A model generated the notes under the pieces. It had not been told where the DNA came from. It searched no databases and saw only the letters and a list, made by a program, of their open reading frames with translations. A DNA stretch of 63,668 bases, filler included, from Basidiobolus meristosporus CBS 931.73 (taxonomy: Eukaryota; Fungi; Basidiobolomycota), in the NCBI GenBank assembly GCA_002104905.1. It is 4 parts of 4 records of this genome, joined end to end, with 100 filler letters (N's around TTAATTAATTAA, not from the genome) between each part and the next. Parts side by side here need not be neighbours in the genome. Positions count along the whole stretch, not along the records: positions 1 to 12,467 come from MCFE01001242.1; positions 12,568 to 37,805 come from MCFE01000934.1; 2 more parts are not named here. One strand, written 5' to 3'. This document shows, one piece after another, positions 1 to 12,899 of the stretch; the first letter of the stretch is position 1; every line of letters starts with the position of its first letter. Position numbers and translations under genes: made by a program.

Positions 1-39
1 TTCTATGCGGTCAATGGTTACCGGCACTCTGTGATGAAT

Positions 40-100
40 GTGGCATATAGCTGAGTGTGGTATATAGCTGAGTGTGGCATATAGCTGAGTGTGGTATATA
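40..100. repeat. 17-bp minisatellite GTGG(C/T)ATATAGCTGAGT x3.6
   Basis: Units at 40-56, 57-73, 74-90 and a partial unit at 91-100; C and T alternate at position 5; no spacers. Confidence 0.9.
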
Positions 101-825
101 CGGTCATCAGCAAATGCGATATTATCGGATTATAATATCAGGCCTGTAGCACCATTCATCTTCCCGCATTTCTTTAGCACCAGCACTACCACACAAGGCT
201 TGGCTGGATTTTTTGCGGAATTAAATTTGTTTACCAACAATCCAAGGCCTATCTTATACGCCTCTCTCGCTACATAAACTTGTGATATTCGTCTAGCGCA
301 GAGCAGCCTCAAATGACCAACTCGCTACCAAATACAGACCAGTGATACTACATATATAGGACGATCATCAAACGAACCTTGAGTGGATCAAAACTAACAA
401 TTTTAACTACAAACATCACGTTGTAAACTAAAGACATGCTTAGATAGTGATCATGATCAAGCCACTTCTCAATTGGCGCCTGATTTATATATCCGCGTGT
501 GAGAATGAGAAACCCCAGGATCAGTGGCTAGGATGAGCAGCAAGGATCATTCTGCATCCTAAACAAGAAGCTCAGGTGAATTCTGGATTCCAAACAAGAA
601 GCCACTGAAAGTGCCAAATTCCAGGGATTTACCACTCAGGGCATGTGATAGCAATCTACTGATTATGGCAAATAAGCTGGATAGACTGGATCTACTGAAC
701 TGGATTGAACGGATCGACTAAGCTGGATTGACAGGTTCTACTGGTTCGTCTAATCAAAATATTGGAGAGTTTATTGATCGTGATTATGGTCTTCTCTTTT
801 TACAATAATATCGAATTTCTCTAGC

Positions 826-2238
826 TTATTCGGCAGTAACTTGCTTCACGTCCTTCGACTCCTCGTCGGTATTATTAGTTTCTTTGACATTCTTGGCAAT
901 ATAGAAGGTGAATGGGAAGGCAAACACCAAAAGACCCCAAGCAATAGCGAACTCAGCAATGAAGGGAGCTTTGACTGCGTCAATTCTCCAAGCAATGGCT
1001 GCACCAGCAGACTGAACACCCTTATAGTATCCACCGTAACGGGCAAGCATGGATGAGTCGTTCGTCATGGCACCCATAATCCAGTAGGCGTATGACTGTG
1101 TAGAGGCGTCAAGCAATCCGTAACATGAGTAGAGAACCCAGATAGGCCAGTAGGTACTTTTGTCACGTAGCATATCGATGTTCTTCTCCAAATGATCATG
1201 GGCCAGAGAGTAACGGCTATATTGAACTTGCATGCCCAAACCGCCTCCCCACACAATCATGATACAGGCGTAAACACCGAGTAACCCATAAATGGCTCTA
1301 GTACGACGGCCATACTTCTTCGAATCGAGGAACCATCCGATGAGCATAGCACCAACCATCTGGAAGAACCAATAGAAGGCATTGTTGAATGAGTTGGAGC
1401 GACTGTCGAACATGGCACCGTTAATACAATTGAATTGGTATGTGTAAAACCAGTTGGAAGCAACAGAGATAGGAGTCAACAGCAGCATGTTTTTGTCCAA
1501 AAAGAGCTTTAAAATCTCCTTGGCTTCCACGAAGGCATTTTCGAACTTGTCGACCTGTACGCGGGAACCATCGTCACGGATAACCTTCTCGGGCGGAAGA
1601 AGCAGCATTCCCATGGCAGCACCGCAACACATGATACACAAAAAGGCAACATAGGTGCTGTAGCTACTACCACCATGTGGGTTGTTGTACTCAATACCGA
1701 AAGGAATCCAAGCACCCATCACACCTCCCAAATTGAAGATAACCCAGAAGATAGCAACGCTTCTTCCTTTTTCATTTTCCGGGGGGTAAGACATCATGAT
1801 CACACCTTGAGCAGTCCAGAGAATACCAGCACCGATACCAAGGATGGCGGACGCAGTAATCACGAACGCTTCAGCCCCTGGTGTATTATAGGTGACCTTG
1901 TCGATTACATAACTGTGCTTTTGCATGTAGAGCAAGGAACCGGCGTAAATCGTATAAGTGGCGCCTCCGAATAACAAGCAAAGACGGATTCCAAACGTGT
2001 TGTAAAAAGCACCACCGAAGACACCGAAAACAGCAAAGGTACAGTAAAGAGCGACGTTTCCATTTGTTGCGGTATTACCGGCCATCTGACCACCAGCACC
2101 CATACCGTTGATACAATTGAACATACCGGGGCAACAGAAGCACACGAAGCCAATCAATATCACCTGGGTCAGGGGTCTATTGTAGCGCCAGCTGCCAATC
2201 TTGACCTTTGACAGGTCGTAGTTGAAAAAAGATGACAT
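826..2238 (-). CDS. UNC-93-like MFS membrane transporter
   Basis: Intact 470-aa ORF with about 12 hydrophobic segments and family-typical motifs FCCPGMFN, GAGILWTAQG, YPPENEKGR and RYGGYYKGVQSAGAAIAW. Confidence 0.88.
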   Translation of the reverse strand: MSSFFNYDLSKVKIGSWRYNRPLTQVILIGFVCFCCPGMFNCINGMGAGGQMAGNTATNGNVALYCTFAVFGVFGGAFYNTFGIRLCLLFGGATYTIYAGSLLYMQKHSYVIDKVTYNTPGAEAFVITASAILGIGAGILWTAQGVIMMSYPPENEKGRSVAIFWVIFNLGGVMGAWIPFGIEYNNPHGGSSYSTYVAFLCIMCCGAAMGMLLLPPEKVIRDDGSRVQVDKFENAFVEAKEILKLFLDKNMLLLTPISVASNWFYTYQFNCINGAMFDSRSNSFNNAFYWFFQMVGAMLIGWFLDSKKYGRRTRAIYGLLGVYACIMIVWGGGLGMQVQYSRYSLAHDHLEKNIDMLRDKSTYWPIWVLYSCYGLLDASTQSYAYWIMGAMTNDSSMLARYGGYYKGVQSAGAAIAWRIDAVKAPFIAEFAIAWGLLVFAFPFTFYIAKNVKETNNTDEESKDVKQVTAE

Positions 2239-3902
2239 ATCAAGTTTGAAGAGAGAATAGTGTGTAATGGATATGCCAGAGAGGCCTTTTTATAGGCACA
2301 GTCCACGACGATTATGGCGATGGCTTTCTCCACAATCCTTTACCAAACTAGAGCGCTTACTGCAAACGGATGTGTATTTCGTCTCCGAAGCGACGCCCTC
2401 CATTTTTGGTTGATTCCCCTTCTCGCCAGATATACCATAACAGGATCACATGGAATGGACTATCCTTCGCCACGAATGAAAGCGTTCTTGCCGCCACTCC
2501 TCATAATGATAGTATTCTTTCCGCCACCCTCTAGTTCGATCGTTGGTTACCATATCAGAGAAGATATTCCTTAGTAGGAACGGATACACTTGCATGTAAT
2601 ACTTTGTAGTCTAACACTTGTGTACTACCTACGAGGTAGGAATTTCAGGTTTTTTGGGATTTGCTGAGTCACTTTGTTAAAGCCTTCTCTTCGTCAACGT
2701 GCCTTTGCTGGCTGTAAGCAAGCCAACTAGTGAGGCTTTCCAAGGGGCATTGGGAAAACCAGGGTGAAGATGACCTTAAGAGAATTAGAGTTCGGATTAA
2801 CTTTTAGAGTCTGGTATAGCTCAACGCACTTTGACTCGCCTGTAAAAATGGTTAGAAAGTGGAGCACCGTCTGAGTTTTGTTATTGCTTTACCGTCAAAG
2901 AAACGTTTCCTTCAACTATGGGTTTGTGACGAAAAGGTCATTTGTCTCTGGCGTAAAGTATGAGATATACACTATTAACGTAGGATATCAGATATCTTGT
3001 ATCTCAGTTTAGTATTTTACATCTCTCGAACAAAACGTTATTTACATCGATGTAGCTAACATGTTCATAGTTAGTTGGACTGGAGGAAACAGTAGATCAC
3101 AATCAATTAATCCCGCGTATGAATGAGCTTAGGGTTAGATGATACTTACTGATTCTGTTGCTATAACTAGTCTAGTATCTAAACAATACCAATTACTTGA
3201 TGTCTTTAGATCAACTTCTAACTAGCTATAACATCCAGGTCAGCAACTGTGAAATCTCCTGTGCTTCCATCATCAATTGCAACTTTATCACTGAAAGCAC
3301 TATTGTTAACAGATTCTGAGTGGGTGTTGAGAAAGATTTGGTGGACTTGTAGAAATATATGTTAACTCAATAGTGCATTGACATAACATCAGTACTTGCG
3401 AGCTAATGTTATGATTGTGCTGGGAGATACAATATGACATCATTAGCACAAGAATGAAGGTTTTAACAGATTTTAATGTAACAAACAGCAAACTTACCAC
3501 AAATTCATTTAGTCATCAGAAAAGTAGAACCTGGAGATATACAAACAAAATAGGTGACAAGCCAATCAATGGCAATATAAAGGCAACCAACAGTACATGC
3601 TGAGGGCAGGAAAGTGTCGAAACATATAAGAAGAGAAGGAATGCCTTACTCAAGAAAAACCCAATAATAAATAGACTTGCTGGATATTATTTCAAAGGCT
3701 GAGAAATAGACTTGCTGGGTATATCCATTATACCATAGCAATCATCATATTGTTTTCAATAATGGTACTTCATAAGCAAGCATATGTAAATTATGTCTCT
3801 TGGATGTGTGTTGTGGTGAATACTAAATTTTCCTCTATCTTTTTAGTTAAATAACTCTGGTTTATTGATGAATCATTGACGGTGATCAGAACAACAACTG
3901 AT

Positions 3903-4997
3903 TTAGGCTTTCTCCATCTCAATCTTCTCGGGGTCCACTGCAGAGGTGTTTTTGACATTCCTGGCAAGCAGATAGGCGAAGTGCAAACTTGCTTCCTCAA
4001 CCTAGGCCGTTGATGAAATCGATATCTTTAGGATGGTCCTCCCGAGTGTATTGCAGCTGCAGAGCAAGGCCACCACCCCAGATTACTGTTGTTAGGACTG
4101 CCACCAGTGTCAATCCGTAGAGGGCTGAAGTTTGGGGTTATCAAGCAACAGGCCCACACTATGGGATCCAATCATCTGAGAGCCCCAATAAAAAGCACTA
4201 TTGAAAGAACGGGTGCGAACATTAAAGAGGACTCCGTTGACTGCACTGTACTGATAAGAGTAAAACCAGTTGGATGTAACACACAATGATAGAAGTAGAA
4301 GCATATTCTTGCTCTTGAATAACTTGAGAATCTCAATGATTTCACTACCCACATTCTCGAATTTGGACACCTGTAAACGGGAGCCATCCTCACGAACCAC
4401 CTTCTCAAGAGGAATCAGGCCCAAGCCGAGTAAAGCACCAATGACCATTAGCACCATCAACACGTAGTGGGTGGCAGTGTTTACTTTGGCCGCTGTAGAA
4501 TTAAAGTTAAGGCCGAATGGAATGAACGAGCCGAGAACGGCCCCCGTGTTGAAAATAATCCAGAAAATGCCGACTGCTCGGCCTTTCTGATTTTCGGATG
4601 GGTACAACATCATGATCGCCCCTTGAACAGTCCAGAACATACCAGCACCGGCTCCTAGAATGGCGCTGGCTACGATGACAAAGGCTGGCTCCTTGGTGTT
4701 ACTATAGTATACGAGAGAGCCGGAGTACAGCGCGTAAGTAAGGCCACCGCAAACCATTGTCCAGCGCCCTACAAGGACGTTGTAAATGGCGCCACCAAAC
4801 ACGCCGAAGATTGAGAAACAGGCATAAAGAGCGACATTTCCATTCTTGGTGGTGTTGTCGTCCATCTGACCACCAGCACCCAGACTGTTGATTACATTGT
4901 ACATTCCCAGGCAACAGAAACATGAAAAGCCAACCAACATGACTTGCGCCATTGGAGAATTGAACCTCATTGCAGTAGTAAGTTTAAAGCTGACCAA
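3903..4997 (-). pseudogene. Tandem paralog of the UNC-93-like MFS gene, disabled
   Basis: First ~295 aa align with 826-2238. Then a frameshift near 4125, an in-frame TGA near 3998 and an internal deletion near 3980 remove the last TM helices. The C-terminus NVKNTSAVDPEKIEMEKA* survives at 3903-3960. Confidence 0.8.
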
Positions 4998-6213
4998 GTG
5001 AGCAATGCCTAGCGAGATATTTATAGCCGAAATTTTCGGCTGCTACCAGAAGACACATTCATCATTGTGCCACGAGTGTAAATCGAATATATCCTTATCA
5101 GCACTGTGTGTAAAGGTATGTCGGTTCGATACAGGAAATGTAGAAGCTGGAGAACCTTGATGAAATAAATTGGTTGCGTTTCAACCTTGAATTATGTATT
5201 TATTACAATGTTCCACCTTTATCTATTAGCACTTGTAAGATGCATGGTTATCATACACTCACCATCGCCAAGACCCTCTGATGTACCTCTGCTTCCAGGC
5301 TCATTGTTACTCCGTCATCTCTCTAGTACGATCAGTGGATGAATTTAAGGTAGTAGCAAGAATGCTTGAAAGGCGCACTGTTGCAATGCAAGGAATGAAA
5401 TTAATCGCATTCGAAGAGAAATAAACTCATATTGCATGGTTAACAAATAAACCACGGATAAAGTTGGTCGGTGTGAACTCATATTTAACGGCTGATTTGA
5501 AAGGGAAAATACCAAATACCAGGACTAACATCATTCGGTTATCGCCGATGCTCACCAAAATTACATGGAAGGCAATACGGCGACTACAAGTATATTTCAA
5601 TTATCATCAATGTTTACCATCATGGAAGCTTCGGAGTAGCAGGATTTATGGTTGCTGTGTATGAGCTCATCTCCATCTGCATCAAAGACAACGCTGTATA
5701 CATCGATTCCCACCAAAAAGAAGCATCTTTTACTGAGCCATTAACAGTGGATAGGCCCTATTGTTGCCGATGATAGCCATCATGTTCTTGCTGGTCAAAA
5801 AGAAGTCAACATTCGGACCAGACCCACACATGCACTCTCTCACCGGGAAAAGCCTCTGGGCATTACCCGAACCCATCGACCACCTCTTCTCCGAAATGTC
5901 TTCATCAGTATCGTTCCGGAGCAATTGAGCCCTGAAAGATGATCGCAGTTGATCCCAGACCTTCCACTGCCACTCTATCGTTTGTTTACACCACAGTGCT
6001 TCAATCACAGATCTCCACCAATATACCACCGTAGGAATGTGTTGTGACCTTTTTTGCAATGCCAATGCCAATCCGTATTCATTTTATTTCTTATTTTCGG
6101 ATCGGATCACCGGAGCAATTTGTGAGTGGATTTAGCCATTCCTACTGTACAAGCTCTCACTTTTTGCTTATTTTCCACGAAGCGTGTTGTCTGGTCCGTA
6201 GAGTTCGTGGACA

Positions 6214-8212
6214 ATGTCAAATCAAACCCTTTCCATTGGTTGTTTGCCTCAACAAGTCAGAAATCTTGAAGAAGCCCTCGAAGTAGCTAAACAAGGTGAA
6301 TTCCATTTCATTGTCACCAAGATCGTGCATTCGGATGCGAAGCACAGTAAGCCTGCTTTCTCGGAACCAAAGCCTTTTACTGAAGAAGATCTGATCATCA
6401 AGAGTTCCTGTAAGTCTTTGTCCTCTAAGACTCACCTTCAAGTGCACCTCACTCATGGCTTTTGTAGTCTCGGCTGAAAACATAGTCGCCCAAATCTCTG
6501 ATTGGATCGAATTTGAACAGGCCGATCTCGGCTCCCGCATATCTTTTGAACAAGTATTGCTCACCACCCCGATTGAAAAAACCTCTCCGACTTACTAACT
6601 ACTATCTCGCCAATAGGCTTTCAAGCAGCAAGTGGAATGGGCCTCGTATAATGGCGTATCAGCGATTTTGTTCCCAAGTGTTGCGACTATCGACACAATT
6701 GCTAATTTCGCACGCTGTGTTAATAGCACAATCGATTTATTACGTTTTTCCGGGATGTGGATTCGAGTTCCCCTTCTTCCTTTATCCGAGCACGACACCT
6801 GGTCAAAATGGAACCAACTACGTACTTTATGTAATCACAACTCATCTCTCGGAATTACTCTTGAATTGACCGAAGTGCTCCCCGAGGACGAGATCCTTCA
6901 AAGATGGCTTTCTGAGCCAATTCGGGCGGTTATTGTTCCAACCAACATCTTCACAATGAATGCCAAAGGATACCCCGTACTCAGCAAAAAGCATCAGCAT
7001 TTCATCAACCAACTCTTTCGGTTCAATCCTTACTTCATACTTGCCGGCGAAGATGACCAGCTATTTGACCAAGATCAGGAGTCGAACTATCTTCAATATT
7101 TGAAGTATCTGAATCGCACCAAGCCCGAGCCCACGCTTCTGGAGCAGCACGCCGATGGCTATGAGGACTGCTTGCAAGCACCACTCCAGCCGTTGATGGA
7201 CAATCTGGAGTCTTCGACATACGAGGTGTTTGAACAATGCCCGATGAAGTATGTCCAATACGAGAAAGCCGTATACCACGCCCTTCTGGATCGGGTTCCC
7301 CCCGAATCTGACACCACCACGGTGATCATGGTTGTCGGTGCCGGACCCCGTGGCCCACTGGTACAATGCTGTTTGCGGGCAGCGGAGAAGGCGCAGCGGA
7401 AGGTCAAGCTTTATGCCGTGGAAAAGAACAGAAATGCATTTGTCACCCTCCAAGCCACAAAAGAGAAGATTTGGGGTGATCAAGTCCAAGTGGTTTTTGA
7501 GGACATGAGGAAGTGGAAGGCACCAGAGTTAGCAGATATACTTGTTAGCGAGCTCCTGGGATCCTTCGGAGATAACGAGCTGTCACCAGAATGCTTGGAC
7601 GGCGTCCAGAAATTCTTGAAGCCGGATGGCATCTCCATTCCACGCTCCTACTCTGCCTATATATCTCCCTTGTCCTCGGCCAAGTTACACAAAGAAGCCA
7701 GCAACTACAAAGACCGCAAAAACTTGGAAACCCCGTACGTGGTCATGTTCAAGGCTGTCCAAGAACTGGCTGCACCTCAAAAAGTATGGGATTTTGTTCA
7801 CCCCAACCCTCATGTTCACATGGATGACGAGGGACATCCAACCAACAACCTCCATAATGTCCGGTACTCCCACAACACGTTCACCTGTACAAGTGGTGGC
7901 TTACTCCACGGCCTCGCGGGATATTTCGATTCAGAATTATACAAGAGCGTTGATATTAGTATTCATCCAGACACCCATACACCCACGATGTTTAGCTGGT
8001 TCCCCATATACTTCCCGATAGAAATCCCCGTTCAAGTTCCCCGTGGCGCCAAAGTGGAAACTCATATATGGCGCCTCACGGACCAACGCAAAGTCTGGTA
8101 TGAATGGGCGATAACGGTCACCATGCCATCACCAGTTGATCAGAAGGATACCATCATCCATACCACACCCATCCACAATTGTGACGGTAGATCGTCGTGG
8201 ATAGGCCTGTAG
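6214..8212 (+). CDS. PRMT5: Protein arginine N-methyltransferase 5 (Skb1/Hsl7)
   Basis: Exons 6214-6409, 6468-6553 and 6617-8212 (GT-AG introns 6410-6467 and 6554-6616). Motifs LQAPLQPLMDNLES, VVGAGPRGPL, AVEKN, SELLGSFGDNELSPECL and MFSWFPIYFP. Confidence 0.95.
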
Positions 8213-8579
8213 GCATATCGCCGGATGTTGGCCCCGATCTCCTCATAAATTATGTAGAATTAGTAAGCACTCTCCACAATAAACATGCTACTGAGTAAGG
8301 ATTGAGTAGATGGAAAAAAACGAGAAAAATTTCAAAGCAACAAAAAGCAATTTTGATTTACCAACCCATGAGTACGTCACCTAATAAGTCACTTTCGTTA
8401 ATTGATATGTTGAATGGGATTTTTTTTTACTTCCAAATTCATTAATTTTGTTGATTTGATCAAAGCTACTTAGTGGGATCCCTGCTGAGAGTTCCTCTAG
8501 GAAAAAAAGTCTTTTTTCAGCTTCCTGTCTTTCTCTTCCTTTCGCCATAGATTTGGTTTGTTGTTAGGAGTAATTCAAC

Positions 8580-10145
8580 ATGGCTCAAACTGAAGCTGTC
8601 CAGATAGATCTGACTACTCTCAATCCCCTCTCCCCAGAGGTCATCTCCCGCCAAGCTACCATCAATATTGGTATTTTTACCCACTGTCTTTCGTAGACTT
8701 GAACATGACTTGCTCAACTACTTTTTCCTGCATTTTACAGGTACCATTGGCCACGTAGCTCACGGTAAATCTACCGTTGTCAAGGCCATCTCCGGTGTAC
8801 AGGTACATATATCCGTCATAACTAGCTTGCCCTTTTCTTTCCTAACACTTTCATCATCAAACAGACCGTTCGTTTCAAGAATGAACTCGAGCGTAACATT
8901 ACCATCAAGTTGGGTTATGCCAATGCCAAGGTAAAAGAGCCTTCCTCTAAGAGCATCCTATGTTTGCTCGTTCTAAATCATTTTTCCCGGTAACAATAGG
9001 TTTACAAGTGTGACAATGAGGATTGCCCCAGACCTGGTTGTTATAGATCTTACCGTAGTGACAAAGAAGAGACTTTCCCTTGCGAACGTCCATTCTGCGG
9101 AGGCATGATGAAGCTCCTTCGTCACGTTTCCTTTGTCGATTGCCCTGGTCACGACATTCTTATGGCCACTATGTTAAACGGTGCCGCTGTAATGGACGCA
9201 GCCTTGCTTCTTATTGCCGGTAACGAATCTTGCCCTCAACCTCAGACTAGTGAGCATTTGGCTGCTATCGAAATTATGAAGTTGAAGCACATCATCATCC
9301 TCCAAAACAAGGTCGATTTGATCAAAGAAAGTGCCGCCGAAGAGCATTACCAGAGCATTCTTCAGTTCGTCAAGGGTACTGTTGCCGATGGTGCCCCCAT
9401 CGTTCCCATCTCAGCCCAGCTCAAATACAACATTGATGCCATCAACGAATACATCGTCAAGAAGATCCCGGTCCCCATTCGTGATTTCACCACTGACCCA
9501 CGCATGATTGTTATTAGATCCTTCGATGTCAACAAGCCCGGTTCCGAGGTTGACGACCTCAAGGGTGGTGTTGCTGGTGGTTCCATTCTCAATGGTGTTT
9601 TGAAGATCGGAGACGAGATTGAAATCAGACCCGGTATTGTCTCCAAGGACAGCGAGGGTAGAATGGTGTGCAAGCCCATTCTCTCCAAGATCATCACTCT
9701 TTTCGCCGAACAAAACGACTTGAAATTCGCCGTTCCCGGAGGGTTGATCGGTGTTGGTACCAAGGTTGATCCCACTCTATGCAGAGCCGATCGTTTGGTC
9801 GGTCAGGTTTTGGGCTCCGTGGGCAAGCTCCCTGCCATCTACTACGAGCTCGAGATCAATTACTTCCTTCTCAGACGTCTTCTTGGTGTCAAGACTGACG
9901 ACAAGAAGCAAACCAAGGTGCAAAAGCTTACCAAGGGTGAGGTGCTCATGGTAAACATTGGCTCCACCTCTTCCGGTGGCCGTGTCTTGGGCGTCAAGGG
10001 TGATTTGGCCAAGATCATGTTGACCCATCCCGCCTGTACGGAAGTTGGCGAGAAGATCGCTTTGAGCAGACGTATCGACAAACATTGGCGTTTAATTGGT
10101 TGGGGTAAGATCAAGAGAGGATCTACCATCGATCCTGACAACTAG
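8580..10145 (+). CDS. GCD11: Translation initiation factor eIF2 gamma subunit
   Basis: ATG at 8580 with three short introns (~8672-8740, ~8803-8864, ~8931-8999). Motifs [36 protein letters not shown] and [13 protein letters not shown]. Confidence 0.96.
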
Positions 10146-10342
10146 ACTGTATAAGCTATGTCTCATCATTATTATATAAAGAAAACTCTCTAAACCATCC
10201 CAATATAAATCATCGGCTATTGAGCATTGAACCTGAGGGTGAGTGTGTATATGTGGGTGTGATTGTTGATGTATGCATCGTTAAAATCCATGGAAGTTGC
10301 GATATAAATGAACCAAGCTTTATTATTTATAACAGAACAAAT

Positions 10343-10874
10343 CTAGAACTTGGCGAATTGCTTGCTGCCTTGGGTCTTCTTTTGGACCTTGAGGACGTTG
10401 AAGCGGACGGTCTTGGACAAGGGACGGCATTGGCCAACGGTGACCATATCGCCGTTCTCGACACGGAAGCAGGGAGACACGTGAGCGGCAAGGTTCTTGT
10501 GACGCTTCTCGTAACGGTTGTACTTGGGAATGTAGTGAAGGTATTCACGACGGATGATGAGGGTGTTCTTCATCTTGGTGGAGATGACAACACCGGTGAG
10601 AATACGTCCACGAATGCTGACATCACCAGTGAAAGGGCACTTCTTGTCAATGTATTGACCTTCAATGGCCTCCTTGGGGGTCTTGAAGCCAAGACCAACA
10701 TCCTTGTACCAGCGGAGGTTGCGGCTCTTCTTGGCACCGACAACCTTGGCGTTTTGGAAAATACCAACTTGCTTTTGGAAAGCTCTCTCAACCTAAGCAG
10801 TACGCAGAAACATGAGGTTAGCATCCTCATCACATACGTAACTTCCACTTGCAACTTACTTGCTCAGCAGACAT
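10343..10874 (-). CDS. RPS11: 40S ribosomal protein S11 (uS17)
   Basis: Exon 1 MSAEQ at 10874-10860, intron 10859-10793, exon 2 VERAFQKQ...[17 protein letters not shown]...[17 protein letters not shown]...FAKF*. Confidence 0.96.
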
Positions 10875-11267
10875 GATTAAAAATTAATGGAAAAACGCTT
10901 CCGCTAAAGAGAAAAAAGAAGGAACTCTACAAGAAAAATGCGGTATTTTGTTACCCTGCCGAACCCGAATCCCTCTTGGGAAAATTTTCTTCAGATACCC
11001 AGGGCTTGGAGGCTTGCCGATGATTGGCTGAAATCCTGGAATTTACATCAAGTCCATTTTTTTCTTTTTTGCTACGATCAAGCAGAGAGCAGTTGGCGTG
11101 ATGGTCTCGCCTAAAGGCTGGCGATGAAGTAAAAAAAAATCATTCAATTTTGATGTTGATTTTGGGGACGAGTAATCGTCTGTCATAAAATATCAAGTCC
11201 ATGCTGAGAAGAGTTCCCCCTCTTACTTCGTTATCCATCGGCTGACTTTGTATCCATTCATCCAAAG
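10875..11267. promoter_or_regulatory. Bidirectional promoter region between RPS11 and RPL35
   Basis: About 390 bp between two head-to-head ribosomal-protein ATGs; contains poly-A/T tracts and AAAATTTT. Confidence 0.7.
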
Positions 11268-11767
11268 ATGGTTAGTTTTCATGCTACACATTTACTGCCA
11301 CACACACAGAAGCTGACGACATTTCATTAGGCTAAAGTCAAGGCTCACGAACTCCGCAACAAGTCCAAGGACGAACTCAAGAAAGAACTTGACGAGCTCA
11401 AGCAAGAACTTTCTTCCTTGAGAGTTCAAAAGGTTGCTGGTGGCGCTGCCTCCAAGTTGACCCGCATGTAAGCCCCTATCTAGCGTATCCTACGTGGCAT
11501 CGATTAGTATATTTATCATTGTATATTAGCAACGCTGTCCGCAAGTCCATTGCTCGTGTTCTTACCGTCATCACTCAAACTGAGCGTCAAAACATCCGTC
11601 TTTTGTACAAACAAGAGGGCCGCAAGTACCTTCCCTTGGACCTTCGTCACAAGAAGACCCGTGCTATTCGTCGCCGTTTGACCAAGTTCGAGAGCACCCG
11701 CAAGACTGTCAAGCAACAAAAGAAGGATATCCACTTCCCTCAACGCAAGTTCGCCGTCAAGGCCTAA
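11268..11767 (+). CDS. RPL35: 60S ribosomal protein L35 (uL29)
   Basis: ATG at 11268, introns 11271-11330 and 11468-11529. Reads [34 protein letters not shown]...[20 protein letters not shown]...PQRKFAVKA*. Confidence 0.96.
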
Positions 11768-11989
11768 GTTTTCTGCCTCGTACGATGATCACCACTTGAC
11801 GCGATTCTTCGTTTGATTGGGAATTTGTATGTTGGCAAATGCCTTTGTCTTAGCACGAAAATAAACCGTATTAGTAGACTTGTTCAAGTGAATATTCAAT
11901 TCTTTCGTAGACTTCTATTTATTATTGGTGAACAGATGCGTGGGGATAAGTGTGCTATGTATGGTTATGTTGTTGGTAGCCGCAGATTC

Positions 11990-12467
11990 TCACCTATCCG
12001 GCTGGTCTTTCTCGTAGGAAACGAAGACATCCCACAGGTAGTCGAAGTCTTGGGCGTATCCACCAAGGGTATCCAGCACCCGAATACCGCCAATCCTTTG
12101 GAGACCTGGGGCAAGTGGGACGAAGTCGAGGGAGAGATCCACCGAGTCATTTGCTGGGACGTCACCTAGATATTTACTCGAATGGCCGGTGATGAGGATC
12201 GATCCCATCTTCGCCTTGTTAGTAGTTAGGTTGACATGCATGGGGGACGATGTACGATTGCTAAGTCTGCATCGGATCCGGAACGGCTCCTCCAAGAAGA
12301 TATTCAGTGGTGATTCGATTACATTCAACTCGACCTTCTCGAGCGTGGGTGGTTTACGCATGAGCGGGCTAGTCTGGAGTCGTCCGAATTCGCCCAGTAC
12401 TGAGCGCCACACAATATCGAGTTTCCCTAGAACGTTGTGGTGCGAGCAGTAATGTCATTCAGCGACT
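11990..12467 (-). CDS. TRAPPC13: TRAPP complex subunit 13-like protein, 3' part (cut by segment edge)
   Basis: LGKLDIVWRSVLGEFGRLQTSPL and PLAPGLQRIGGIRVLD match the TRAPPC13 C-terminal region. A 1-nt frameshift near 12435 lies at the contig edge and may be a sequence error. Confidence 0.8.
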
Positions 12468-12567
12468 NNNNNNNNNNNNNNNNNNNNNNNNNNNNNNNNN
12501 NNNNNNNNNNNTTAATTAATTAANNNNNNNNNNNNNNNNNNNNNNNNNNNNNNNNNNNNNNNNNNNN
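12468..12567. other. Artificial linker (N run with TTAATTAATTAA)
   Basis: 100-nt spacer with a six-frame stop core; identical at all three gaps. Confidence 0.97.
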
Positions 12568-12899
12568 AGAGGATCAGTATTTGAAACTCTGTAGAAGTAA
12601 TACAGCTGCAACACTAAGTAAGGAGGGTTTCTTAACATTCAGGAGCATTCTGTAACAGTTTCAGGGTTAGTACAAAATGTTTGATAAAAAGCATTAATTT
12701 GATTGTCACTATATGGGAATAACCAAAGGATCATAGACATGAAGAAACTGGTAAAATTGGGGCAGCAAATAAGTCCTACAGTGGCCAATACTAGTCTAAA
12801 ATTGTAAAGTAAGTCTTTAGCTGCTGAATGATACCAAATAGTCCAATATTTTGACATGGTCAAATATTACTTATGTGGCAAAACCCTATGAAAAATAAT

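Noticed and set aside
40-100. Short direct repeats as a possible CRISPR array
   Set aside because: No spacers, eukaryotic context and no cas genes.
640-760. Degenerate CTGGAT-rich repeats downstream of the MFS gene
   Set aside because: No stable period and no open frame; cannot assign.
5730-6071. 113-aa minus-strand ORF divergent from PRMT5
   Set aside because: TTG start, no recognisable motif or codon bias; cannot be supported.
10220-10876. 218-aa plus-strand ORF, and similar ORFs opposite eIF2-gamma, PRMT5 and the MFS genes
   Set aside because: Antisense shadows of highly codon-biased real genes.
10875-11267. HomolD box or C/D snoRNA in the RP intergenic region
   Set aside because: No CAGTCACA/TGTGACTG found, and no canonical box C (RTGATGA) with a terminal stem.
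12512-12523. TTAATTAATTAA palindrome recurring three times
   Set aside because: Always centred in a 100-nt N run; an artificial joining linker.
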